DNA of 63,346 nucleotides from Spirochaetaceae bacterium (GTDB taxonomy: Bacteria > Spirochaetota > Spirochaetia > DSM-27196 > PWMO01). Within the stretch, counting starts at the first letter, position 1. The number at the start of each line of letters is the position of its first letter. Positions 54,882-63,244 of the stretch are shown piece by piece. Both the position numbers and the translations under genes were made by a program. Below the pieces are notes generated by a model. That model searched no databases. It was not told the DNA's origin and worked only from the letters and a program-made list of their open reading frames with translations. The stretch lies in the NCBI GenBank assembly GCA_046541715.1, contig JBKHCS010000005.1, forward strand, positions 1 to 63,346, in the 5' to 3' direction.

Positions 54882-56348
54882 TTAGGCGTCGGTGCGTCTA
54901 AGTTCGGCCAGGCGGGCGTCGATTTTGTCCAAGAAGTCCCGGGCGAAGGGGGGCGCCGTGGTGAAGAGGCTGACACCGACAAAGAGCAGGGTCGAAAGGC
55001 CAAGTCCCCACACGCTCGGCCAAACCCCGAGGGGATACCAACCGGTGGCATACAGCAGCGCGGTGCCGAGGCCGGCGACGATCACCGACGTCAAGGCGCC
55101 GGCGGCGGTTCCCCGGGCCCAGAAGAAAGCGCCGATTATCGCCGGGGCCGCGACCAGGAGACCCCCGGACGCCATGCTCGAGAGCACCGTAATCAGCCCC
55201 GGGCGCAGGTAGGCGAAGCCGATACACGCGAGGAGAAGCAGGAGCATCGCCCCTCGGCCGATACCGGTCTCCCGCTCTTCCGAGAGCCCCGGCCGGAGGG
55301 TCTTCGCCACGTCCCGGGCAAAGAGGGAGCTCAGGGTAAGGACGATGGAACCCAGGGTCGAGCTGGCCGCCGCAAAGATCCCGATAAACAATAATAGTGC
55401 CAGTCCAACCGGCACCGTAGTCAAGAGAGCCGGCATCGCTCCGTCGGGGTTTTCGAGTCCCGGGAGAATCGCCGCGGCCTGAAAACCGTAGAGCGTGGTG
55501 ATTAGGGTATAGACGAGACCGAAACCCGAAAAATAGAGGATCATCCTGCGGATGTTCGCAATCCGGTCGGGCACGAAGAGCCGCTGAGACACCTGGGGGT
55601 TCGTCAGGGCGAAAAAGGACCAGGGCAGGGTGATGCCGAGGAAGAAATTGATGTCCCACTGGATGGTGAGTAGCTCCGAATAGTCGAGGCTAATGGTCTC
55701 GAAGAAACCGCCGAGCCCCCCAAAGTAGCGAACCGCCACAACGATAAACACCAGAATCGCCGTGGTAAGCATGGTTACCCCCTGGACGGCATCCGTCCAG
55801 GCAACGCTCCGCATTCCGGCCCACAGCGAGGTAATCCCCGCGACGCCGGCCATTACGACGACCCCGGCCATGTAGGGAATTTCCCCCCCGGTGAGGCCCT
55901 CGACCAGGAGCCCGGCACCGATCAGCTGTACGGCGGAGTAGGGAATAAGCATTACGAAGGCCAGAAGGGCCGTCGCCGTTCCAACTTCCGGGCTGTCGTA
56001 CCGCTTGGCAAGAAGCTCACTCGGCGTAACGAGGTCGTACATCTGTCCGGCAAACCAGAAGCGCGGGGCAAAAACTACCAGGAAGAAAACGGTAAAGAGC
56101 AGGTAGGTCATCTCGAAACCGAGGGCCGCGACCCCGAAGCGGTAAGAAAGCCCGACGAGCCCCACCAGCATAAAGGCGCTATAGGTCGTTGCTGCGTAAG
56201 TCATTCCCGAGAGAAAACCCCGGAGGCGCCGGCCACCGATAAAATACTCCGAGGATCCGGCCCGAAGACCCTTTCGAGATGCCCGCGCTACGAGAGCCGT
56301 GACCAGGGTCCAGAAGGCGATTGCTCCCCAAACATAGAAGGGGTTCAT
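54882..56348 (-). CDS. Sodium:solute symporter (SSS family)
   Basis: 488 aa with about 13 TM segments. N-terminal region EYFIGGRRLRGFLSGMTYAATTYSAF is typical of SSS transporters. Confidence 0.85.
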   Translation of the reverse strand: MNPFYVWGAIAFWTLVTALVARASRKGLRAGSSEYFIGGRRLRGFLSGMTYAATTYSAFMLVGLVGLSYRFGVAALGFEMTYLLFTVFFLVVFAPRFWFAGQMYDLVTPSELLAKRYDSPEVGTATALLAFVMLIPYSAVQLIGAGLLVEGLTGGEIPYMAGVVVMAGVAGITSLWAGMRSVAWTDAVQGVTMLTTAILVFIVVAVRYFGGLGGFFETISLDYSELLTIQWDINFFLGITLPWSFFALTNPQVSQRLFVPDRIANIRRMILYFSGFGLVYTLITTLYGFQAAAILPGLENPDGAMPALLTTVPVGLALLLFIGIFAAASSTLGSIVLTLSSLFARDVAKTLRPGLSEERETGIGRGAMLLLLLACIGFAYLRPGLITVLSSMASGGLLVAAPAIIGAFFWARGTAAGALTSVIVAGLGTALLYATGWYPLGVWPSVWGLGLSTLLFVGVSLFTTAPPFARDFLDKIDARLAELRRTDA

Positions 56349-56527
56349 TACCTATGGCTCCAGGGACGCATATAAAAGGCGGCCGCAATTATTCCGAGGC
56401 CCGGAAGAATAGTCCAGAGAAAAAAGCTCCCCATAAACGACGCGGTGTCCCGGAGATAGAGATACGGAATCGCGATATCCACCAGAACCAGGAAGACGCC
56501 GATCGCCAGGAACATTTTTCCCTTCAT
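56348..56527 (-). CDS. Small 2-TM membrane protein preceding the symporter (DUF3311-like)
   Basis: Not in the ORF track (59 aa). My translation is MKGKMFLAIGVFLVLVDIAIPYLYLRDTASFMGSFFLWTILPGLGIIAAAFYMRPWSHR. Its TAA overlaps the symporter ATG (TAATG). Confidence 0.6.
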   Translation of the reverse strand: MKGKMFLAIGVFLVLVDIAIPYLYLRDTASFMGSFFLWTILPGLGIIAAAFYMRPWSHR

Positions 56528-56565
56528 GTGTAAAGAATGTAGTCGGCCGCGCCCCGAGATACAAC

Positions 56566-56601
56566 CGGTTTTAGCTATCCGAGCGGTTTTAACTATCCGA
56601 C
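56566..56601. repeat. Head-to-tail 18-nt tandem repeat (2 copies, 16/18 identical)
   Basis: CGGTTTTAGCTATCCGAG (56566-56583) directly followed by CGGTTTTAACTATCCGAC (56584-56601). The second copy covers the ParA stop codon. Confidence 0.85.
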
Positions 56602-57365
56602 GGTGTGTTCCGGTTCTTCGGCAGCGAAAGAAGCACCGCCGTCTCCTCCCAAAGCTGCCGAAACGCCAAGGACGCCTTCGCTTTCGGGTTCGAAACGACG
56701 ACGGGCTCCCTGGTTACGCCCATCTTTTCGACCACCGAGGCGTACGGAACGACCGCCGTGATACGCCCCCCGGCCAACGCGACGACCCGGGGGATCAAAT
56801 CACGGTGGAGTTTCTTGCGAACGTCGGCCATCGACACGAAGGGATGGAATCTCTCCCGTGACAGCTTTTGTTTTTCGGCGACCCGAAGGATTTGCTCGAA
56901 CGCGTTAATGGAAAGAACGGACGGAATAACCGGTACGAGCGCCAGATCCGCCGCCCGGATGAGATTCTCGCCTTCCAGTCCAATGGACGGCGGAGCGTCG
57001 ATGACCAAGAGGTCGTACCGCTTACCGAAACCCGCGAAGGAAAGGGAGATTCTCTTTTTCGTGTGACTCTCTTTCGCTAGCTCTCGGTCGAGACGACGAT
57101 ACGATAGCGCAGCCGGAAGAAGGTCCAAATTGCGATAATCGCTCTCGCGAACGCTGTCTCGGAGTCGCTTGCCTCCCCGAAGCAGCGTTCGTACGTTCAG
57201 GCCCTTCGGCGGCCGCACGCGGAGGTAGAAACTGGTGGCCCCCTGCGGGTCGAGGTCGCACAGAAGCGTCCGATAACCGGCCTCGGCCGCGAGATACGCA
57301 AGGTTTACCGCGGCGGCCGTCTTCCCGACGCCTCCCTTGAGGTTATAGAGCGTAAGGGTCTTCAC
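56589..57365 (-). CDS. ParA-family P-loop ATPase (orphan, no adjacent ParB)
   Basis: GTG start in a GTGA overlap with the upstream stop. MKTLTLYNLKGGVGKTAAAVNLA (deviant Walker A), LLCDLDPQG, LLVIDAPPS. Confidence 0.9.
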   Translation of the reverse strand: MKTLTLYNLKGGVGKTAAAVNLAYLAAEAGYRTLLCDLDPQGATSFYLRVRPPKGLNVRTLLRGGKRLRDSVRESDYRNLDLLPAALSYRRLDRELAKESHTKKRISLSFAGFGKRYDLLVIDAPPSIGLEGENLIRAADLALVPVIPSVLSINAFEQILRVAEKQKLSRERFHPFVSMADVRKKLHRDLIPRVVALAGGRITAVVPYASVVEKMGVTREPVVVSNPKAKASLAFRQLWEETAVLLSLPKNRNTPSDS

Positions 57366-58903
57366 TTCCGCTTCTCCTTTGCCGGTATAAGCCGCCTGCG
57401 GGCGGCCGCGATCTGTCTCCGGTAGGTTTTGACTCGGGCGTCGATCCCGTCCATGAAGGCGTTGCTTTCCTCCGAAAGGGTCGACACCAAGGCGCCGATG
57501 GCGGCCGCCACCCGGGGTTGCGTGGTCTCGTCACCATGAATGATCGCAAGTAGGCTCTCTTGCTGCACCGCAACGTCCTGGAGCCTGCCAAGGGCGTCTT
57601 GAAATCTCTTTAGCTCCCGGATTGCGCGGTCTACGGATTTCTCCGGGTACACCGGCGACACTGCCTCCAAGAGGTAGCGAAGCTTCTTGCACTCTATCCG
57701 AACACGATGCCTCGCGATCTCGGACGCGTCCGCCCCGGAGAGAGAAACCAAACCTTTCTCTACGCGTCTCAATCGCCGTGAAAGGCTTCGGTCCGCCGAT
57801 TTACGCAAGGTGTCTCCCGCGGGACCGGCTCCAAGTGCTTCGATGAGGGCTTCGATGCGGTTGATCTCCCACTCGTACTCTTGGCCGGCGAGGTACTCTT
57901 TCAGCTCACGATAGCGGATCGCTCGCTCTTCGGCCGCCCGGCGGAAGTAGGAATCGATGCCCTCGCGCAATTCCGGGGGAACTCGTTTCGTGTAGGACTG
58001 CCGACATAGCAGCAGGACGTCGAGATCCCGAAGTGGACCCGTGGCGGAGGCGACGACTTTAAGGCGTCGAGAAAGCTCTCGGAAGATCGCTGTGTCGACG
58101 GCAGATCGGAACTCCGGCAGCAGCGATCGCATGCGACGAAGGGCCACGCGATAGTCGTGGAGGAACTCGCTGTCCGTGTCCGCTATAATGCCCCCTTCGT
58201 TTTGTCGTATTACCGCGAGATTGGCTGCGAGAAGATCGGCAAGCGCCCGGCCGGCGCTGGTTTCCGGCGTAAGTGGAACGACAGGGCGGGAGCAATAGGC
58301 GTCCGGCCCTCGCCCATGCCATCCGGCGGCCGCGGCGACGATGGAACCCGGTGATTCGGATCGTACTGCTCCGTTCGCCCGGGCAAAAAGCTCGGCAACG
58401 TCCCGGTCGTACCCCCGGAGAGGAAACACCAGCAGAAACCGGGCCCCTCCTTCGTTCCCCGTAGCGGACCTTACCTCCTCCAGCTCCACCCGGGCGATGG
58501 TCTTTCGGTTGTCGTCCTCGATCCTTCCCCGTCGCCGAAGAATCGTCGCAGTGCCAACCTGCCCGAGGGCCCGTAAGGCGAGCGTCTTCTCTAGAATACC
58601 TCGAAGCGGAGAAGGCAGTTCCCACGGCAGAAGCCCTTCGAGCCGTTCAGGTGTCGGCCCGTTGTAACGTATACGTTCTCCGTTGACTTCACGAAGGAAC
58701 AGCCGACCGTCGTGACTCTCGAGGGCGTACCCCCCGTTGAACAGGCGAAAATCGAAGGTATCGTAATACTCGATACGCTCCCGATGTCCATCGTCGAGAA
58801 CGATCCTGCAATCGTCTCCGAGAACCTGGTGTTCTACCGAGGCATCGAGGATTCGGTAGACCAGGAGAACCCGCCGCTCTTCCGGAGGCCGGGGGCACGT
58901 CAT
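57362..58903 (-). CDS. CYTH-like + CHAD domain protein
   Basis: ORF trimmed to the ATG at 58903 (ATGA overlap with the upstream stop). N-terminal half IEYYDTFDFRLF...ARVELEEV is CYTH-like. C-terminal half has His/Arg-rich helices LHDYRVALRRMRS, HRVRIECKKLRYLLE and LKRFQDALGRLQD, as in CHAD. Confidence 0.75.
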   Translation of the reverse strand: MTCPRPPEERRVLLVYRILDASVEHQVLGDDCRIVLDDGHRERIEYYDTFDFRLFNGGYALESHDGRLFLREVNGERIRYNGPTPERLEGLLPWELPSPLRGILEKTLALRALGQVGTATILRRRGRIEDDNRKTIARVELEEVRSATGNEGGARFLLVFPLRGYDRDVAELFARANGAVRSESPGSIVAAAAGWHGRGPDAYCSRPVVPLTPETSAGRALADLLAANLAVIRQNEGGIIADTDSEFLHDYRVALRRMRSLLPEFRSAVDTAIFRELSRRLKVVASATGPLRDLDVLLLCRQSYTKRVPPELREGIDSYFRRAAEERAIRYRELKEYLAGQEYEWEINRIEALIEALGAGPAGDTLRKSADRSLSRRLRRVEKGLVSLSGADASEIARHRVRIECKKLRYLLEAVSPVYPEKSVDRAIRELKRFQDALGRLQDVAVQQESLLAIIHGDETTQPRVAAAIGALVSTLSEESNAFMDGIDARVKTYRRQIAAARRRLIPAKEKRK

Positions 58904-59463
58904 TTCCGATCCTCCAGGGACGGAGGCTTCGTCGTAGAACTGAGCCCGAGTCGCGCGCGAACCAATTCGACGCCGCCTCCGCATTCTCTTACACGCCGGG
59001 CAAAACTATTCCGAAGAACCGACGGCGTAACCGAAACAGCGACCCCTGCTTCCCTTCCGTATCTGGCGAGAAACTCTCGTACGTAGCGGTTCTTAAGCTT
59101 GTTACCCTGCAAAGTGGTAAAGACCAAGAGGCTGTCGCTCTGTGGCCGGACATAGATCCATTTTTTCAAAAGCGCTATCGTTTCGTCGCAGAGAGGTACC
59201 CGGCGTTCACCGTGGCGACGGGCGACGATCGCGTTTTCGTCCCATAGAATATCTCCGATTTGAAGGCCCCCTTGTTCCTCGGGCCGCGAAAACCCGTCCC
59301 GGACGGTTTCCTTCCCAACTAATTCCGATATCTTTAGGCCACCTTCGATAAGAATACGCATGATAGCTGCGTTCCGCAGGCCGGTTCGGGTGTGGATTTT
59401 CGGCATCGACAGAAGGCGGTCGCATTCTTCTTTAGTCAAGAACTTCCTGGGTGGTTTATTCAT
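58900..59463 (-). CDS. Tyrosine-recombinase catalytic-fold protein lacking catalytic residues and the N-terminal core-binding domain
   Basis: 187 aa. LTKEECDRLL, GLRNAAIMRILIEGGLKISELVG, ERRVPL, VTPSVLRNSFA and RLGLSSTT align to XerC/D box I/II. However, Arg-I is Lys, HxLRH reads SVLRN, and there is no Tyr nucleophile. Confidence 0.65.
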   Translation of the reverse strand: MNKPPRKFLTKEECDRLLSMPKIHTRTGLRNAAIMRILIEGGLKISELVGKETVRDGFSRPEEQGGLQIGDILWDENAIVARRHGERRVPLCDETIALLKKWIYVRPQSDSLLVFTTLQGNKLKNRYVREFLARYGREAGVAVSVTPSVLRNSFARRVRECGGGVELVRARLGLSSTTKPPSLEDRK

Positions 59464-59493
59464 GTACCAAGTAAATTCGGAATTATTAGGTGG

Positions 59494-59521
59494 ATCTTAA
59501 CACTATACTTACATAAGTCAA
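59494..59521 (-). promoter_or_regulatory. Sigma70-like promoter TTGACT-N16-TAAGAT for the recombinase-fold/CHAD/ParA operon
   Basis: Minus-strand TTGACT = 59521-59516 and TAAGAT = 59499-59494, in the A/T-rich divergent gap 59464-59549. A + strand TATACT (59504-59509) may serve plsC. Confidence 0.4.
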
Positions 59522-59549
59522 GCATTTTCGGTACTGTTGAGCGCCGATT

Positions 59550-60269
59550 ATGACGAAAACCCTTGCGATCGGGCTGTACTTCTGGACCCTCCTCGGTGCA
59601 ACCTCGTTCCTTCTCGTGCCCTACGGGCTGTTGAGGCTTCTCGGTCAAAACGCCGTCGCGTACCGGTATGCCAAAGCGGTGGCGCGGACCTGGGCGCGTC
59701 ATCTGCTCTGGTTTGGGAGAATTTCGGTCCGTATTGACGGGCTCGAGCATTACCCCCGGGGCGCCCGGAGGGTCTGCATCGTCGGCAATCACCAGGGGTA
59801 CGCCGATATCCTCCTCCTCGAAGCGCATTTGCCGGAGGTAGGGGGTTTCGTCGCCAAGGAGGAGCTCAAGCTGGTCCCGGTCTTGAGTACCTGGATGAGA
59901 ATCTTCCGATGCGTCTTTATCGACCGGGGGAGCGTTCGGCGGGGAACCCGGGCTCTCGACAAAGCCGTCAGGAATATTCGGGACGGCTATCCGATGCTCA
60001 TTTTTCCGGAGGGCACCCGGAGCCACTCCCGCCGGGTCGGGCTGTTCAAGGGCGGGAGCCTGAAGCTTGCCGTCGAAGCGGAGGCCACCATCGTTCCCGT
60101 GACCATCGACGGAACCTACAAGGCACTCGAGGAACACCGGCGTATCCGCCCCGCGAAGACCCGGTTGATAGTCCATCCCCCGGTTTCCCCCGGGGAATAC
60201 CGGCACCTCCGGCGAGGCGAATTGGCCGAACTGCTTCGGAAGATTGTTTCGGCACCTTTGAAGTCGTAG
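59550..60269 (+). CDS. plsC: 1-acyl-sn-glycerol-3-phosphate acyltransferase
   Basis: N-terminal TM segment. GNHQGYADILLL (NHxxxxD), FPEGTRS, VPVTIDG. Confidence 0.9.
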   Translation: MTKTLAIGLYFWTLLGATSFLLVPYGLLRLLGQNAVAYRYAKAVARTWARHLLWFGRISVRIDGLEHYPRGARRVCIVGNHQGYADILLLEAHLPEVGGFVAKEELKLVPVLSTWMRIFRCVFIDRGSVRRGTRALDKAVRNIRDGYPMLIFPEGTRSHSRRVGLFKGGSLKLAVEAEATIVPVTIDGTYKALEEHRRIRPAKTRLIVHPPVSPGEYRHLRRGELAELLRKIVSAPLKS

Positions 60270-60339
60270 TTTCCGGTCGCGTCGCACTTGTCCAACCGTA
60301 CCGGGGGCAGTATCGTTGACGAGGCAATTGAGAAGAGAG

Positions 60340-60684
60340 ATGACCGTACAAGAGATCGCATCAGCTACCCAGGGCGTTTTGCGCTGTGGGGAAGCAAACC
60401 AGTCAAGAAACCTCACGTTTGCCTTCGCGTCGGATCTTATGAGTGACGTTCTGACCGTGACGGAAGATGGAATCCTATTGATAACCGGCCTTGCGACCGT
60501 TCAAACGGTTCGCACGGCCACGATGGCGGACGTCGACACGGTCCTCCTTGTGCGCGGCAAGCAAGCCCCGACGGCAATGATCGCCCTCGCCGAGGAAAAC
60601 GGATTGGTTATTATCGAGTCGCCGTTTTCGATGTTTCGCGCCAGCGGCGTGCTTTTCACAAAGGGCCTTTCGCCCATCTATTGA
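60340..60684 (+). CDS. DRTGG-domain-like small protein
   Basis: ORF trimmed to the ATG at 60340 (GAGAAGAGAG upstream). ASDLMSDVL...GILLITGLATVQTVRTATMADVDTVLLVRGK...GLVIIESPF resembles the DRTGG domain. Family call from memory only. Confidence 0.5.
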   Translation: MTVQEIASATQGVLRCGEANQSRNLTFAFASDLMSDVLTVTEDGILLITGLATVQTVRTATMADVDTVLLVRGKQAPTAMIALAEENGLVIIESPFSMFRASGVLFTKGLSPIY

Positions 60685-61469
60685 AAAGTAGACCTCCTCA
60701 GGTATACTTGAAGGAAGAAATGGAAGACTATCGAGAGAACCTTGACGCCGGAATAAACAGCAGGATCCGGAGCCTTCAAGGAAAGCTCAAGGCAAGCCGG
60801 GACGCCCTGAGCCGAAAGAAGCTGGTAGACAATATCAGCAAGCTCGAGCAGGAACGTCTCCACACCGAGAACCTCTTTGCCGATGACGAAGAAGAAGAGG
60901 GCGGTGAGCTTCCGATTCTCGCTGCCATCAAGGAGCGATACTCAAACGTATCCGAGCAGTATCGTGCCCAGGTTCGCGAAATCCGGGATCTTCTTATCTA
61001 CATGACTTACTTCGAGGACGAGTTTCTCGGACTCTTTCACGAACGGAAACTCCGTCTGGACGTCAAGTTCTCGGTCGAGCGCGACGGCTTTTATAACCAA
61101 TTCAATCAGCTCCATCGCCGCGCGTTGACCTACTGCGACGAGTCCAACCGTATCCAAGGTGGAAACTACACCAAGAGCTACGAAGACGATATTTTGCGCC
61201 GGATGGTCGAAATGCGGCACGGCGTCTATATCGAGGCCGATCGGTTCTTTCGGCAGGTCATGCGCTTTTCGGCGGATCTCCTCAAGGATATTCGAGGCGA
61301 CCAAATTCTCTGTCAAAACGCCGACGATCCCCTCGAATACTCCGCTTTAGACCGAGAGAAAGAGTTGCGGAACCTAACCGTCGTCGAGGGAATCGCCCGG
61401 CTGAACGAGGTATGCCGCGAAATCGTGGATTTTCTCGACGTCCCCGATTTTCAATCCGGACTACGCTAA
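60681..61469 (+). CDS. Hypothetical helical/acidic protein
   Basis: 262-aa ORF. TTG at 60681 (TTGA overlap) or ATG at 60720. Charged coiled N-terminus. No motif recognised. Confidence 0.5.
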   Translation: MKSRPPQVYLKEEMEDYRENLDAGINSRIRSLQGKLKASRDALSRKKLVDNISKLEQERLHTENLFADDEEEEGGELPILAAIKERYSNVSEQYRAQVREIRDLLIYMTYFEDEFLGLFHERKLRLDVKFSVERDGFYNQFNQLHRRALTYCDESNRIQGGNYTKSYEDDILRRMVEMRHGVYIEADRFFRQVMRFSADLLKDIRGDQILCQNADDPLEYSALDREKELRNLTVVEGIARLNEVCREIVDFLDVPDFQSGLR

Positions 61470-61473
61470 TCCC

Positions 61474-62322
61474 TTGTCGATTCCAACATACGCAATACCT
61501 CAGGATGTAAGAGTTCTCTCGTCGCAAAGGATCGGCATCGCAGAAGTAAACAACGTCTACCGCTGCGTCGGAGAACGAAACGGAAGGGAGTTCACCTTCT
61601 ACCTCAAGATTAACCGAGGGACCGACACCAACATGCCGAACGAGCGGGACGTCCTCGTTGAACTAGCCGGAACAGCTCTTCCGACTCCAAAGGTTCTCTG
61701 GCACGGAAAGAACAGAAAGGAGTTCTTGGCACTTGAAAACCGAGAGGGGGTTATGCTCCTCGACCTACTGAACCCTGCGAGCCCGTATCACCAGCCACAC
61801 CTGCGATCCCAGACCTTGGAGAGCTTCGGGGAGTCGGTCGGACGTCTCCACAGCCTCGATCTGGATTGGCCCGCGATGAAAAGAACCTCCCTCTACGGCT
61901 TTCTCGGAGAGGAAGAGATTGACGACTGGGAGTTCGGAGAAGTCGTCCTTTGGCTCCGGGCCAATCCGCCTCCGAAGAAGAGCATGGTCTTTACCCACGG
62001 CGACCTGAACGACCGAAACATTCTGGTCAAAGGGGGAGAGGTTACCGGTATTCTCGACTGGGAGAGCGCCGGGATCGGATGGCGGGAGTACGACCTGGCC
62101 TGGGCCCTCCGGGAACGGAGAAACTACATGAATACGCCGGAGACACGGAACAGCTTTATCAAAGGGTACACGGCGTACAGTAGCTACGATCCGGAGGCCC
62201 TGCGGTGGGCAATGGTGATGAACTGCCTCCACGTCGCCTACTGGTGCCGGGAGAGCTTTCCCTATTTCAAGACATTCAACCTCGAACAGGCCAGGCGAGC
62301 CATGTTCGAAGGGTACGAGTAG
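61474..62322 (+). CDS. Aminoglycoside-phosphotransferase-fold (APH/choline-kinase-like) kinase
   Basis: TTG start 4 nt after the previous stop. Catalytic loop FTHGDLNDRNILV (HxDxxxxN) and ILDWESAG. Confidence 0.8.
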   Translation: MSIPTYAIPQDVRVLSSQRIGIAEVNNVYRCVGERNGREFTFYLKINRGTDTNMPNERDVLVELAGTALPTPKVLWHGKNRKEFLALENREGVMLLDLLNPASPYHQPHLRSQTLESFGESVGRLHSLDLDWPAMKRTSLYGFLGEEEIDDWEFGEVVLWLRANPPPKKSMVFTHGDLNDRNILVKGGEVTGILDWESAGIGWREYDLAWALRERRNYMNTPETRNSFIKGYTAYSSYDPEALRWAMVMNCLHVAYWCRESFPYFKTFNLEQARRAMFEGYE

Positions 62323-62336
62323 AGGGGGGAAGGAGC

Positions 62337-62933
62337 ATGGAGCTCCAGGCAATACGACACGCGCAAAGCACCGCCCAGACGGGGGGAGATGACTGGCTCG
62401 ACCCGGACCTCACGGCCCTCGGGGAACGTCAAGCCCGGGCCGCGGCGGACTATTTCTCCGATAAGGAATTCGACTTAGCCTTAATAAGCCCCTTGCGTAG
62501 AGCACGGCGGACCTTCGAGTTGGCCTCTCCAAAGGCAGGCCACGCCCGATTCGATTCCCGGTTGGTGGAATGCACCCTCGACCGGGGGCCAGGTTACGAC
62601 TACCGGGAGATTCTGCCCTACTCAACCCCCGGTTCCGCCGAGGCCGATACCGAGGATATGTGGACAGCCCCGGCGGGGGAACGCATAGCTTCCCTCCTAC
62701 AGGAGCTTCGGGGACTTTCCTTGGAACGCGTGCTCCTGGTCGCGCACAACGGCATCCTGAACGTTCTCCGGAGCCACATTGCCGGGTCCCCGATTCCCGG
62801 AGAGCCGGGGTTGGACGACCTCTTACGAGCGCATCAGACCGACAACACCGGCGTCCACGGCTTTTTTCTCGGCGTGACCCCCGCCGAGGATCGCCTGCTC
62901 TTCTGGAATCGGCCGGCGAGCCCCCTGACCTAG
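62337..62933 (+). CDS. Histidine-phosphatase (phosphoglycerate-mutase-like) family protein
   Basis: ORF trimmed to the ATG at 62337 (MELQAIRHAQS = RHG-motif variant). LISPLRRARRT, VAHNGILN. Confidence 0.75.
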   Translation: MELQAIRHAQSTAQTGGDDWLDPDLTALGERQARAAADYFSDKEFDLALISPLRRARRTFELASPKAGHARFDSRLVECTLDRGPGYDYREILPYSTPGSAEADTEDMWTAPAGERIASLLQELRGLSLERVLLVAHNGILNVLRSHIAGSPIPGEPGLDDLLRAHQTDNTGVHGFFLGVTPAEDRLLFWNRPASPLT

Positions 62934-63169
62934 AGATACTCGCCGAGCTCGTCGGGAAAGAGCTGTTCTAGGGTTATGTGCACGATAATCTCCGACCTCA
63001 ATTCCTCCTGGGATCGACGACTTACTCGGTAGGCGAGAACCCGAGGACTCGAAAGAGGTAGCGGAAGGGGACGCGCGTTGACGTCAAGGGGAGGCCCGAC
63101 GGGGACGGGATAATCGACTTCTTGGGTACCCCCGTCGGGGAAATGCACCAGGTAGGTAGTGTACTTCAC
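62930..63169 (-). CDS. Hypothetical small protein (weak call)
   Basis: 79-aa ORF with a GTG start only 4 nt from the 3' end of tRNA-Gly. Pro-rich centre, no family recognised. Confidence 0.3.
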   Translation of the reverse strand: MKYTTYLVHFPDGGTQEVDYPVPVGPPLDVNARPLPLPLSSPRVLAYRVSRRSQEELRSEIIVHITLEQLFPDELGEYL

Positions 63170-63173
63170 CGAA

Positions 63174-63244
63174 AGCGACCGATGGGAATCGAACCCACAT
63201 CACCAGCTTGGAAGGCTGGGGTAATGCCATTATACGACGGTCGC
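63174..63244 (-). tRNA. tRNA-Gly: tRNA-Gly (anticodon UCC)
   Basis: Folded by hand. Acceptor GCGACCG/CGGTCGC, D-loop AATGGCA, anticodon stem CCAGC/GCTGG with loop CTTCCAA, T-arm GTGGG-TTCGATT-CCCAT, discriminator U. 71 nt, CCA not encoded. Confidence 0.9.

Noticed and set aside
58900-59463. Integrase gene as evidence for an active mobile element or prophage
   Set aside because: It lacks the Tyr nucleophile, Arg-I, both His residues and the N-terminal domain. It is translationally fused into an operon with CHAD and ParA genes. I found no terminal inverted or direct repeats or phage genes. Only a decayed-island hypothesis is kept, as a finding.
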